Of a DNA stretch of 64,000 bases, positions 10,388 through 21,291 are shown in pieces. The position numbers and the translations under genes are program-made. Below the pieces are notes generated by a model. The model saw only the letters and a list, made by a program, of their open reading frames with translations. It ran no database searches and was not told the origin of the DNA. Positions within the stretch are counted from its first letter, which is position 1. Each line of letters begins with the position of its first letter. The stretch is from Halocafeteria seosinensis (taxonomy: Eukaryota), in assembly GCA_001687465.1 (NCBI GenBank), contig LVLI01000206.1, positions 1-64,000 of the forward strand. The letters are read 5' to 3'.

Positions 10388-13281
10388 TTATCCTACGAGT
10401 GCATCCTCCGCCGCGTCGGTGCGGGGACCGTCGTCTTGCTCTTCGTGAGTGAGCTTATCAGCTTCGGGTGCAGGTCCTCCCATAGTCATAGAACGGTGAA
10501 CGATTTCTTTCATTACTAGCGTATTTAAGAGAGTTCTCCAACTATCAGAAGTTTCGAGGGCGTTGAGAACGTCGCCTGTAGTGGCAACAAAAAACAGTTA
10601 CAGACACAAGAAGTACAGTGCCTCGGAAGCGTGTTAGGACCACTTACCTGGTAGTCTGCCTTTGTTTGATACAATCGCACTACACAAGTTGCTTATATGT
10701 CCTAAGTTGGCGAAGTACGCGGCATCCTGTGAGAAAAAGCCACCATCATCCAGTATTTATCAGGCAAACCAGCTGAACAGAACATCAACAAACCTTTCGA
10801 GTCTCTCCGCTATTCGCATATCGAGCAATAACATCGCACAACTTTGCTTCATTCACTATAGATCTTAAGACTTTGGAGGAACCCTGCATTATTCGGTACA
10901 AACGGGAGTTGTCTTCACTGCTTGGAACAGATCTCCTCCATACTAACCTTGTAGAATATATTCGAAAATGCGTTCACAATATACTGGTGTGCGAGGTTAT
11001 TTCCCGGGAAGTTTAGTAGAACGTCAGTAAGGTTCGACATCATAGAGGTTTGAAGTAAATTCTCCTCGACTATGGACCAAGGGGTGCAATTGCAAATCGC
11101 GCAGCACACACGCACAAGTGCAACCCCTCTGGCTCCAAGACGAGGAGTGGAGTAGTAATCGCGTGTCTCCGGGGCTTCCCGATTTCCTCTACGGGAAACT
11201 TTCTCCAAAGCATAAGAAAACCACTGCAGCACCTCCTGGGAACCCGTTAGTTCTACAATAGTCGGAGTTTGATCTAAAAAGTCAGCAGGGGGAGCATGGG
11301 CACCAATCTTTAGGCCACCCAAAGAGACGCACGCGTCTAAGACATCGGCCATAACATCCAAAGGGGCTGCTCCAACCTGTTTTAGTGACTCGAGATTACT
11401 ACCATGGTCCAATTGTTCCGAAATACCGACTTTGATCAGAGCGCGAAGCTGGTTTTGCGTCATTTCTTCCTTTGGGATTGACAAACTTTTTAGCGTAGAA
11501 AGAAGAGCGCCAGATGCATATGTCGCACCAGCGACTATGCCGGAGCAGACAGACTGTTTCCACAGCCCCTCCTTGACGAAACGAGTCGCGAATGTATCTT
11601 GCTTGGCCATGTACTTTACATAGAGGCTTGGATCGCGTTTAGTCGAGGGCAAGGCTTCACAGAAATCATGCGCAGAGAACTGCCGGCTTGTATGCTGTTC
11701 TTTGTGAGTCTTATTCCATTTCTTCGCAATTGCTGGTATTGATGCCAGACCCTTCCTAAAGAAAAACCGCACTGTATCGGTGCAACTGTCCGCTGCTAAT
11801 CCCTCAAGAAGTTGGCGAGGACCTATGTAGCCTTGGTACTTTTTCTTGTCATCCTCCAGGTTAAACATACTGTCCTGTTGAAGCTCGGGGTCCTCAACGT
11901 CATCGGGGACTGTAACAGTTGTATGTGTGCCAGTAGAGGCGACCGATTCACCATCATTCTCTACTCTAGAGCCCCTGGGACCTAGTTCATTTTTCTCAGC
12001 AGTAGCGGTTTGTTCCAAGCCGGCGTCGTATCCATCCTGGGCGTGCTTATCCTCCTGCGCCTCACCGTTATCGTCGCTAGCTTGTTCCTTCATCTGTTCC
12101 TGTGGCCTATTCGAAGACGAGTCTGCTGCACAGTCTTCAGGTTGGAACGACTTCGGGTCAAGGTTGCGAGCATTGTTTTGCGACACGTCGAATTCTTCCC
12201 ATCCACGTAGCTTTATACCAATTTTTCTGCCATTCAATACATCAAGATCACTCTCTAGTATCTGCAATAAGGTTTGCCACACAGTAGAATCGTCCGAGTC
12301 GTGCTTACACAGCCGCAAATACCGGCGCGCAGCGTGCCGCCCTGGAAGAAGATTGTTCAAATGATGCTATCAACAAATATACGTGTGTGCGCGAAAACTT
12401 CACTTACGATGAAACGGAAGGCTAAAAATCTGTTGAAAAGCAAATGAGCAACACGGATTGTCAAAGTGACTTGCTAGACCGTGCAAGACACCCTTTCCAA
12501 CTTTATCCATGCTCAGAGCCATTTCCGCTGGACGAATGGTACATAACTTGCTGATCACTTTCGTCCAGTATCCAGCCATGTGTGGACGCAATGGTTTTTC
12601 ATCCTGAGCAAATTGTAAGAGATGCCTAATATGCGAGGAAGGCGAACCGATATCCCGGAACAATTCGTTCATGATGCTCTTATTCCCGCAGCATAAAATC
12701 TCTGAACACATGTACGGGAATCGAAAGAGCCTGTACCACAGCATTATGAAAGTCAAGTTACGATCCTTCTGGAACTCGACGCGTCTCTCATCGTTGGTCG
12801 CCACGGGGAAACCACACTGGACTGTCACTTACCTTATCTCCAAGTCTTCATCATCTTCGTCAATAGGCACAGCTTCCACGATGTACCCAATAATGGTCTC
12901 TAAACATTTATACTCGCAGAGACTGCAATTCCACGACATTCATTAGTTCCAAATCCCTCCCCTGGCAACACAGTCCGGTTCTTACGTACAAATCTATGAG
13001 CTCGGTATTGAGTCCGCGAACTTCTTGCACAACCTCCTCCTGCCTCAATATATCTTCCAGTGTCCTCTTCTTCACGGCCGGGTCCTGTTTGGATGCCTCC
13101 GGTTGGCGCTGATATTCGCTCAGGATGTCACTTGTGGGGCTGTAATGGCACACTCATACGTATGAACAGAGCAATATAAAGGCGCAAGAAGGGTAAAAGA
13201 TGTCGAGAATACCCACTTGGCCTCATTAAAGAGGTCCAAACCCCCCATATCAGCCTCCATGGCTCCGAAGAAATCCGCCAT
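10388..13281 (-). CDS. SIT4-associated protein / PP6 regulatory subunit (SAPS family), multi-exon
   Basis: LEDILRQEEVVQE, RFPYMCSEILCC, AGYWTKVISKL, PRLG, FPGNNLAH, GHISNL. Last exon read manually to TAA at 10388-10390. Confidence 0.85.
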
Positions 13282-13511
13282 GGTGTGTGTATGTATGTAC
13301 ACTTTCCAGGAAACCACTTAACCACTCATACACGTATATAGAAACAAACTACATAATAATATTGGTCTTCATTGATTTCATGGTGGCAATTTTCGTCTAT
13401 TCTTCTCAGAATCCCAAGTTGTTAGGTTCACAGGTACCAACCAGACTTGGAGACAAGTTGGAGTCTGCAAGTAGCCAGAACTTGTATGACCTAGACTCTC
13501 CTCTGGATCCC

Positions 13512-13640
13512 CCAGTTCGGACTGTACCACTGGTCAGTGGCATATTTGCATTTTAAGGATGTTCGCAACCCTTACGCCCTAGTTCGGACTGTGCCACTGG
13601 TCAGTGGCATAATTTGCATTTTTAAGGTTGTACGCAACCT
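13512..13640. repeat. Imperfect ~60-bp tandem repeat (2 copies), each with an 18-bp hairpin
   Basis: AGTTCGGACTGT(A/G)CCACTGGTCAGTGGCATA..TTTGCATTTT..AAGG..GCAACC occurs twice. TGCCACTG-GT-CAGTGGCA is a perfect stem in copy 2. Confidence 0.9.
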
Positions 13641-13681
13641 GTGAGGGTATGTCACCACACAATATGTGCGAGTGGTTGTAT

Positions 13682-14764
13682 CTAAGAAGACTCCATGTCT
13701 TCACCATCTGCTGGTCCAGATGTAACAGTACAGAAAGTACCCAAGTGCGTAAACGCTGCTTCTGTGATAGTAGACTGATTGCAGCCTTGCACCTTTAAGG
13801 TAACCAAATTTTCCAAGTGTTCAAAGGCTTTATCTGAAATACATGTCTGGTTGCAACCGTTCATATTCAAATGCGTAAGGTTGTGGAAGTGTGTAAACGC
13901 ATCATCAGTGAACTGAACACAGTCACTCATATTCAACGAAGAGAGCTTTGGAAGATTAGAGAAGGCTGCATCAGTTATGCTGCGCTGGTGACAACCACTG
14001 ATATCCAAATGAGACAGTGATTGCAAATGCCGAAATGCTCCATCAGTAATGGTGATTTGGTCACACCATCTCATATTTAATCTCTGAATGTGTTTCCATC
14101 GTTTGAATGCATTATCTGTTAAATCAAGGTTTCCACACGCATGGATGCTGAGAGAGCTCAGATTTTCTGTCGGAATCATGTCGAAATCTTCGTCCGTCAA
14201 CTGAATACACATTGCTGCATTCAGCCTTTGCAAAGACACTAAATGGACGAATCCATTTCCGGAGATGCCTCGTTGCCTCGAGAGATCCAAAGCTGGCTGT
14301 GACATCAAATATCGCAGATCCTTGTCTATCAGTCCAAAACGGAACACCAAATACCCTTGAAAACTCTTTCGTAATCGAGGAAGGCCGTGATATAGCTCTT
14401 CGAAGGTGTGAAGTGGGTAGAAACTCTCAAACCACGGTAATCTCAGCATGACGCTGAACACCTTTCTGGAGATCTCTTTCGAAATTCGGTTCCATTTATT
14501 CAGGTCTCTGACATTTCCATGGTACACATCTTTCGCATACCATTGCATGAACACATTCAACGCCGCCACCAATTTCTCGCCTGGGTCCATTATTTCTCCT
14601 CCTCCATGACATCCGCTTGAGGTCTCATCTACCTCTTCTGATGCATCAGCGCCTCCTTTGGCTTTCTGTTTTCCCTTTTGTTTAGTGGTCTTCCTGACAA
14701 CAGCCTCCTTGGGCTTCCTGGCTGCACGTTCACATAGTCCCGCTGTCCGAATAGCGTTGTTCAT
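13682..14764 (-). CDS. Cysteine-containing leucine-rich repeat protein (FBXL/AMN1-like LRRs); intronless ORF
   Basis: Several ~23-25-aa repeats of the form LxxLxxxGCxQxxITDxAFxxL. No F-box recognised. Confidence 0.8.
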   Translation of the reverse strand: MNNAIRTAGLCERAARKPKEAVVRKTTKQKGKQKAKGGADASEEVDETSSGCHGGGEIMDPGEKLVAALNVFMQWYAKDVYHGNVRDLNKWNRISKEISRKVFSVMLRLPWFESFYPLHTFEELYHGLPRLRKSFQGYLVFRFGLIDKDLRYLMSQPALDLSRQRGISGNGFVHLVSLQRLNAAMCIQLTDEDFDMIPTENLSSLSIHACGNLDLTDNAFKRWKHIQRLNMRWCDQITITDGAFRHLQSLSHLDISGCHQRSITDAAFSNLPKLSSLNMSDCVQFTDDAFTHFHNLTHLNMNGCNQTCISDKAFEHLENLVTLKVQGCNQSTITEAAFTHLGTFCTVTSGPADGEDMESS

Positions 14765-14841
14765 TAGTTGCACACAGTATTCACACTACACGTACCTAGG
14801 TAGTGAACAAATCGTATACAGCAGTTTCATCTATGTGAGTA

Positions 14842-16294
14842 ATGGGAGACGATACAATGGGAGGAGAAGACCCCCGTGGACGCCATAGTTTCCCACCTTT
14901 ACAAGTACTTTTACAGCGCTACGGCAAGCAAATCGCCTACGGAATCGGTGCCTTGGCTATCTTGTGTGTGCTGATAGTGTATGGAGGAAGCAAGTCTTCC
15001 TCGGGGAGCCGAAAAATATCGACGGATGAACTATGCAAGGGGAGTTGCGCTCAAAAGAAACCTCTACGAGGCGTCAACAACATTGATTTGGTGTCAGACT
15101 TTGCTCAAGTCTCGTCTGGTCCCAAAGACCTGCGCATTGATCCAGCATGGCTGTTGTCCGTCGGAATCAATGCTGCCAAAGCAGCAGGTGAAAAGTGAGT
15201 ACTAAATTCGCAATGCTTGCCCTCTTTGATATCGGATGTTTTAAAGAGTGTGGGACTAAAAAAAACCCAACTGCAGAGTAGTTTCGATACAAACATCTGG
15301 TGAATTGGGTCAGTCTTCCAAGGGAGAAATATCAACGACGGAGAAAGCCAAAGTGGATGATCCGCTTACTGAAGCAGATGTAGCATCACATCAAGTTATG
15401 AGCAAGACGCTCCAAAGTCTTGTACCGGGAATCAATGTGGTGTCTGAAGAAAAAGACCCGTCCAAGAGCAGCATCTCAGAAGAATCGATTATTAAAGCAG
15501 TCGATTCGGTTTTGGGAGCGTCCAAGAACACGATAGGTCTGGAAGAAATCAAACGAGCTATCTCATCGAAGGCACTGCTCAAAGCACAGGATGTTGTGGT
15601 CTGGTTGGACCCACTTGATGCAACGAAAGAATACACAGAAGGCCTCACACAGTATGTTACTGTGATGGTAGGCATTGCCCTAAAAGGAACACCGATCGGG
15701 GGCATAATACACTACCCCTTTACAGGGGAAACACTATGGGGCTGGACGAGTGGTACTGAGGGCGTGAGGTTCGATAGTAGCCAGGCCCTCTGGGATGGCA
15801 ACTCGGAAGCATTGCACGAAACTGTTAAGGTTCCTCCAGAAAAAGCGACCGTAGACTCTTCATCGGATATCGGGGAAACTGTGCTGCGGGTCATTCTTTC
15901 TCGTTCTCATGCTGGGGGTATCCGGGAACACCTGGCACCGCTATCACAGACGTTTAAAGATATTACCGCAACTCCTGCCGGTGGAGCAGGGTTCAAAATC
16001 GGCGAAGTACTAGCTGATCGTCAGGATGTCTACGTCCATACTTCTGGGATTAAGAAATGGGATCTATGCGCGGGAGATGCCCTCTTACGAGCTCAGCGCA
16101 ACAAAGACAGGGCACAAAAGGGCGTTATTAAGACCTATTCTCTCTTGAATGTCGGGGGTATCCGTACATGGCAAAATGAACAGCTATCGTATGGGTTGGA
16201 TGATCCTCTGCGAGTTGGAGGTCTCTACGGTGCTCGAAGCGTAAGAGTGGATAAGAAGCTAATGTATGAGCTTCCAAAGATTAGTCTAGAATGA
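14842..16294 (+). CDS. Inositol monophosphatase family, Golgi-type 3'(2'),5'-bisphosphate nucleotidase (IMPAD1/BPNT2-like); intron 15196-15276
   Basis: N-terminal TM anchor, VVSEE, WLDPLDATKEYTEGL, SRSH, GGAGFK, KKWDLCAGDALL. Confidence 0.88.
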
Positions 16295-16503
16295 TACAAT
16301 GTGCGGCACTTGTCTTGTATATAGGCTTAGATATCGTAGCGAGGAACTATCAATGCACATTCGCAATCCTGTAAGCCTAACCATAACCTATAACCTGAAT
16401 TGCGAGGTTGCAGTGTTTGCCAGAATGTTGCAAGGTCCTTGCCCTATCCGCCCAGGGACTTGTCATGTATACTTATACTACGAAACGGAAGAACAGGATT
16501 AAC

Positions 16504-18083
16504 CTAAGCAGATGGTGGCCACCCTGAAGAGTGATTACCCGAAGGAGAGTTACCTTCCAGTACATCCACCATCCGTTTAATTGCAAGAGTTTGAGCTCCA
16601 ATATTGCTGGCATACGCGGTACCTGCGGGACGAGAATCAACGAGCTCATCTCACCATTGGAGATGAATTTCATTCAAAACGTTTATCATACCAGTATATC
16701 CCCACCTGCATAGACGGAAGTAGTGAAAGTCCTGGACTTAGCGGCACCACAAGTTGTGATACTTACCAATCGAAACAGCCATATGGATTGAGAACATTGC
16801 TATGACTGCCATAATATAACAAAAGGAAGTCCAGTAAATTCTAAAATTGGAGCATTATAGAAAAGTGAGGCCTATACTTACGCCTGTGGGAACAGGAGAA
16901 CAATGTCATTGGCATCCGCCCAGGGATTGTACCCCGCATGCTTCACGTAGTCTTCCCCAATGTCATTGACAGACATTTCGCAGCCATGGAGTGCAACATG
17001 CAGTTTGCATTTTTTGCTAGCATGTTCGCATTGGGGCGGTACATAGACCTTGCCTTCTTTGCTTAGGCCCCACACATGGCTCCATCCTCCATCTAGAAAA
17101 GCAGCCTGATTGAACGTGTGTACTGTTCCAGAGAATGAGGTCGTCGATGGCGTTGTAAGCTTCCCGTCGAAGATGTGCTGCAGAAGTGCACCGGATGCAT
17201 CGTAGCTGCAATTGTAACTGCAGGAAACAAGAACAGGGAAGAATGAGTTTCTTCTGTGTCTGTAGAGTCCCAGAATGTGTAAGTACGTAAACAGCACTGT
17301 CATACATGAATGGCGTTTGAAGGTCAGCACAGCCCGTGCCATAGTTAAGAGTTGGATGCCCGTGCTCTCCGCTGTGATCATATACAGCTGCAACCTGAGA
17401 AGGCCCTTTCACATAGTTACGGTAGTACGCCTCCAACTTTTTCACCACGCTGCAGGACATCGACCAGTCTTCAAGTTTTAGGAGATGCCCCAGAACCACT
17501 TAACTCGACCTACCTGGTGTCTACCACGGTGTCATTGAGCGCAGAAAATACCCACATCCTATCGTTTCTCATGTATTCAGGGTTGTCGATGAATCCAGAT
17601 ATATAAGTGGTTTGCGTAGTGTCGATCAATGAGTGAACGTCGATCTGCATCAATAGCAACACGACATCTTTAGTGTAAACATCCCATGACGACAGTTAGT
17701 TTCACAGTCATACATTATCCCCATCGGCCATGCATCTCCCTAAAGCGAATCCCAAGTTGTCCATAGCGCAATAGAAGGGCCCGCCTGCATTCCAGAGATG
17801 TAGTGTTCGAGTCGGCAGGAAGTCAACCAACAAGTGTTCGACAGATGCACGCTTTACCTGCAATGACCCCCGTCCCCATGAAGCTCTTGGAGAAAGCTAC
17901 ATGGATTTGGACGGCCGCATACCCTCCGGCAGAGACGCCTGAAAGGGAGACTTGGTCTGGGTCAATTGATACATTGGGAAGACCGTATTTGGAGGGATCT
18001 ACTCTTTGCTGCGAAACAGCACCGTTGAGTGCCGTCGCCAAGATAGCTACATTGAGCGTTACGATGGCTCCCAGAGATTTCAT
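16504..18083 (-). CDS. Secreted poly(3-hydroxybutyrate) depolymerase-like serine esterase, multi-exon
   Basis: Signal peptide MKSLGAIVTLNVAILATALNGA. Motifs SGVSAGG (nucleophile elbow), AG|GPFYCA, LHVALHGC, GYNPWADANDIVLLFPQ, NPYGCFDW|WGY. Confidence 0.82.
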
Positions 18084-18344
18084 CTCCCCGTTCCACGCGC
18101 AATTGTGTTTATACTTTTCCTCATTGAAATTCAGCTTGTGGTTCGAGTGGACAATCCATCTTAAACAACCTCCATGGCATGCTGGGTAGGATACTGCATC
18201 TCCGAGGAGGTTCAATCCCACCACCAAGTCAACACGTGGTGGGAAGCAGTGGTACCAACAGTATGAGACTGATTTGTTGCGTGGATTTCCAAGTTAAAAA
18301 ATTGCACATCAAGGGATTAATAGTGAACAGACAAGGCAAGAAAA

Positions 18345-19626
18345 ATGCGCATTGGAATGGCATGGTGGCGGACGTGGACTCACACTGGTTCTTGCATGAG
18401 ATTAATGGGACGACAAGCATGTTTCTATTCCAACACCACGACCCTGAATGGAACTCAAAAGGCGCTTAACGTGGCTCTCGTGGGCGCTCCCAATGCAGGG
18501 AAATCGATGCTGCTGAACCGATTCTTAGGGGACAAGGTACGTCCGGGCGAGTTGGTGGAAGCTGTAAAAGAGACCGACAGGACACGAGAGGTGTATGCAG
18601 GTGACAGCAGTGTCTCGTAAACGGAATACCACACGGAGAGGTCTTAGTGGAGTGTACACCTCCGGTTCAGTCCAGCTCGTCTTCTTTGACACCCCCGGCT
18701 TTGTGGATAAATTGTATGTTGGATGTATGTGTCAGGACTCGGTCACGTGACAGTACTGGATGCATGGTTTGCGCAGAGAGAAGAAGGAACGTAGCCATGA
18801 AATGGTCGTTGCTTCCCAAGAGAGCATTACGGACGCCGATGTCGTGCTGATCGTTGTAGACATGGCGAAGAAGATTACAGAAAAAGACACCTACATGATA
18901 CATGAGATTGTCAATCTCGCGGCGTCTAATGAAGCTCAGCCCTTGCTGTGCTTGAACAAAACTGACCTAGTTCGTCGGGATCAAAGGCGGAAACCGGGTA
19001 AATATTCGTCGAAGCATGATGCGTTCGTAGATATATTCGAGGCGGCATGTTACAAACACGAGTTGCTTCCTTCGGAGGGACTCGATGCAACGCCCTTCCC
19101 TTGGACTCATTTAACAAGTGCGCTCCAGAATGAAGGCATAGAAAAATTACGAAACACTTTGCTTAATTTGGCAGTACCAAGAGAATGGTGCGTACAAGAC
19201 ACTTGGTTGGTGATAATAACTCATAATTGAATCATCAAAATCGTCATTATATGCAGGCTGTTTGAAGAAGGAATGAGCACAGAAATGACTAACCTAGAGA
19301 GGGTCGAAGAAGTGGTTAGGGAGAAAATTATGAACAATTTACACCAGGAGGTACCATATAATGTATACCAGGCAAATCGAGAATGGCGGCTCAATCATCA
19401 TGGGGAACTAGTTATCCACCAAGATCTAGTAGTTGGAAGGAAGGCCTATCTGAATATGCTCGTAGGAAGGGGCTCCAAAACCCTCCGGGTTATTCGAGAA
19501 TCAGCCATACGAGATCTTGAACGGCTGTTCGGATGCAAAGTACATCTGTTTCTTCATGCAACAGTAAAACCTCAGATGGTACAGCGCATGGCGACATCAG
19601 GGTCGTATGGGTCAAGCGTACTGTGA
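18345..19626 (+). CDS. era: Era GTPase (mitochondrial ERAL1-like), multi-exon
   Basis: GAPNAGKS, RNTTR, DTPG, NKTD, TSA; KH domain with REKI..LHQEVPY and VGRGSKTL. Confidence 0.92.
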
Positions 19627-21291
19627 AGTGTTTAGAGATTCTCTCCTGTTAGCACAGTAGAGAAGACACTCCACAGAGAGAAGAGGGATGCAATTTTTCC
19701 CTTGTAAAAGCGACTGCAATATTGAGGACAGGATGCCGATGAAAGATAAAGCAAAAATGAAGGGAATAAGGTTCCGTCGCGTTGCTGGTACCGACAGAGT
19801 GGATGCAAGTATAGAATGGGGGTCATTTAGAATATATAGATGGTTGGATGCCTGATGGGAACTACTAATGAAGCCCTCTCGGAAAAGCGTTTCTGTATCC
19901 TCAAGTTGCCTTTGCTAGAGGAAAAATGGTTTGATTGAAGACAAACAAGAGTGCACATTGATCGAAACTTGTTGTCATGTGAATATACAGTTGCTTTTGA
20001 ACCGCTGCGCGATTTTCTTCTTTTTTATTATTCCGAGAAATGCCTGTCAGGACTGGAGCAGAGTCACAGCTGACTGTACCACGATGGTGAACGAAGCACG
20101 GATGAGCGATACAGCGGAGATCGGGATGATGACGTATTCAACGGCGATGAGGAGGTTAACTTTGGCTTGTGGCAATGGTGTCCAGGTGAAAATGGTCGTA
20201 TCAAAAATATTTGGTGGCGATGCGGGCGTTTGAATTGGTCTCTGGGATCGCTGGTGTAGCTCGCTAACGGGAGTACATTTGGTTTCCAAACCATTTCAGT
20301 AAACGAAGAAACGACGACGAAGTGTGACTGTTCCCGAGGCAGCGGAAACAAGGGTTTCAAACGTTGACGCAACCCATGCTTCAGCAATCGCTCGGTTGCA
20401 GAGAGCGTTTCGCTTCATTCTCATCGGCTGCTTTCTTGCGATGTTAGAATTTGGCTGTATTGTATTGGCGCTCGTTTGTACTACAGTACTCACCTCAACC
20501 TCAAAACCTATAGTCGCAGTGTTTACATGTGGGCCAGGGTTGCGCTTCTACCAACGATTCAATTCTTGCTGTAAAAGTGCAAAGTCTCGCCGAAAGCACA
20601 CACACCGTGATCAAGAATCGTTGCTGCAACCTTGCGTCACGAAGTAAGAAGCCGAAGCAGAGCTCGGAGTATAGGAGAAAATATTGCATCAGTCGTTTGC
20701 TTAATATTACAAGAAGAAAATCTTACGTCTAGCAATTCCACGAACGTGGACTATTGGGGTAGTCGACTGTTGGTCAATAGCGAGACACACGCGGGTGAAA
20801 CTTCAGAGTCCGAAGTTCAAAGTCAATAACATTATATATAATTCATGGAGCACTCCACAAACTGCCTATCATCTTTTCTCACCTGCTCCACGACTGTGCA
20901 GGTACAAACTTCTGTTGTGTGCGTGCGTGTCTGCGTTATGGTTGAAGTTACATCTGTTGCAGGAAGAAAAAATTGCGCGCGCGACTCGGCGGCGCGGTCG
21001 CACAAAGTGCGTGCACGTTCGTTTCCAAAGTGTGCAGTGCACTCTTATGTTACACGATAGTCAGTGTGTGACAGTATAGTGGTTGTTGTGGTGTCGTTGG
21101 AGCTGTATGTGTTGTACGGCGTGCAGACGACACCTGTGATAAATACCGCGTAGTTGCGAGATATATTTCCCCTTCTCACACGTTGATTTCTTCGTCTGTC
21201 TGTTATTGTCAGTGTATAACACCCCTAGACATACCACACCTTAGGTAAGGTTTGAATGGCCACCCTCCCGATGAGTTAGGAGTGGAGCGCC

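Noticed and set aside
2490..18083. FkbM methyltransferase, PAP phosphatase and esterase as a metabolic gene cluster
   Set aside because: They are interspersed with unrelated housekeeping genes, and nothing indicates a shared pathway.
19630..21200. Several 60-107-aa ORFs in the Era-TTLL gap
   Set aside because: No recognisable motifs, and I could not build a consistent spliced model. A small gene may still be present.
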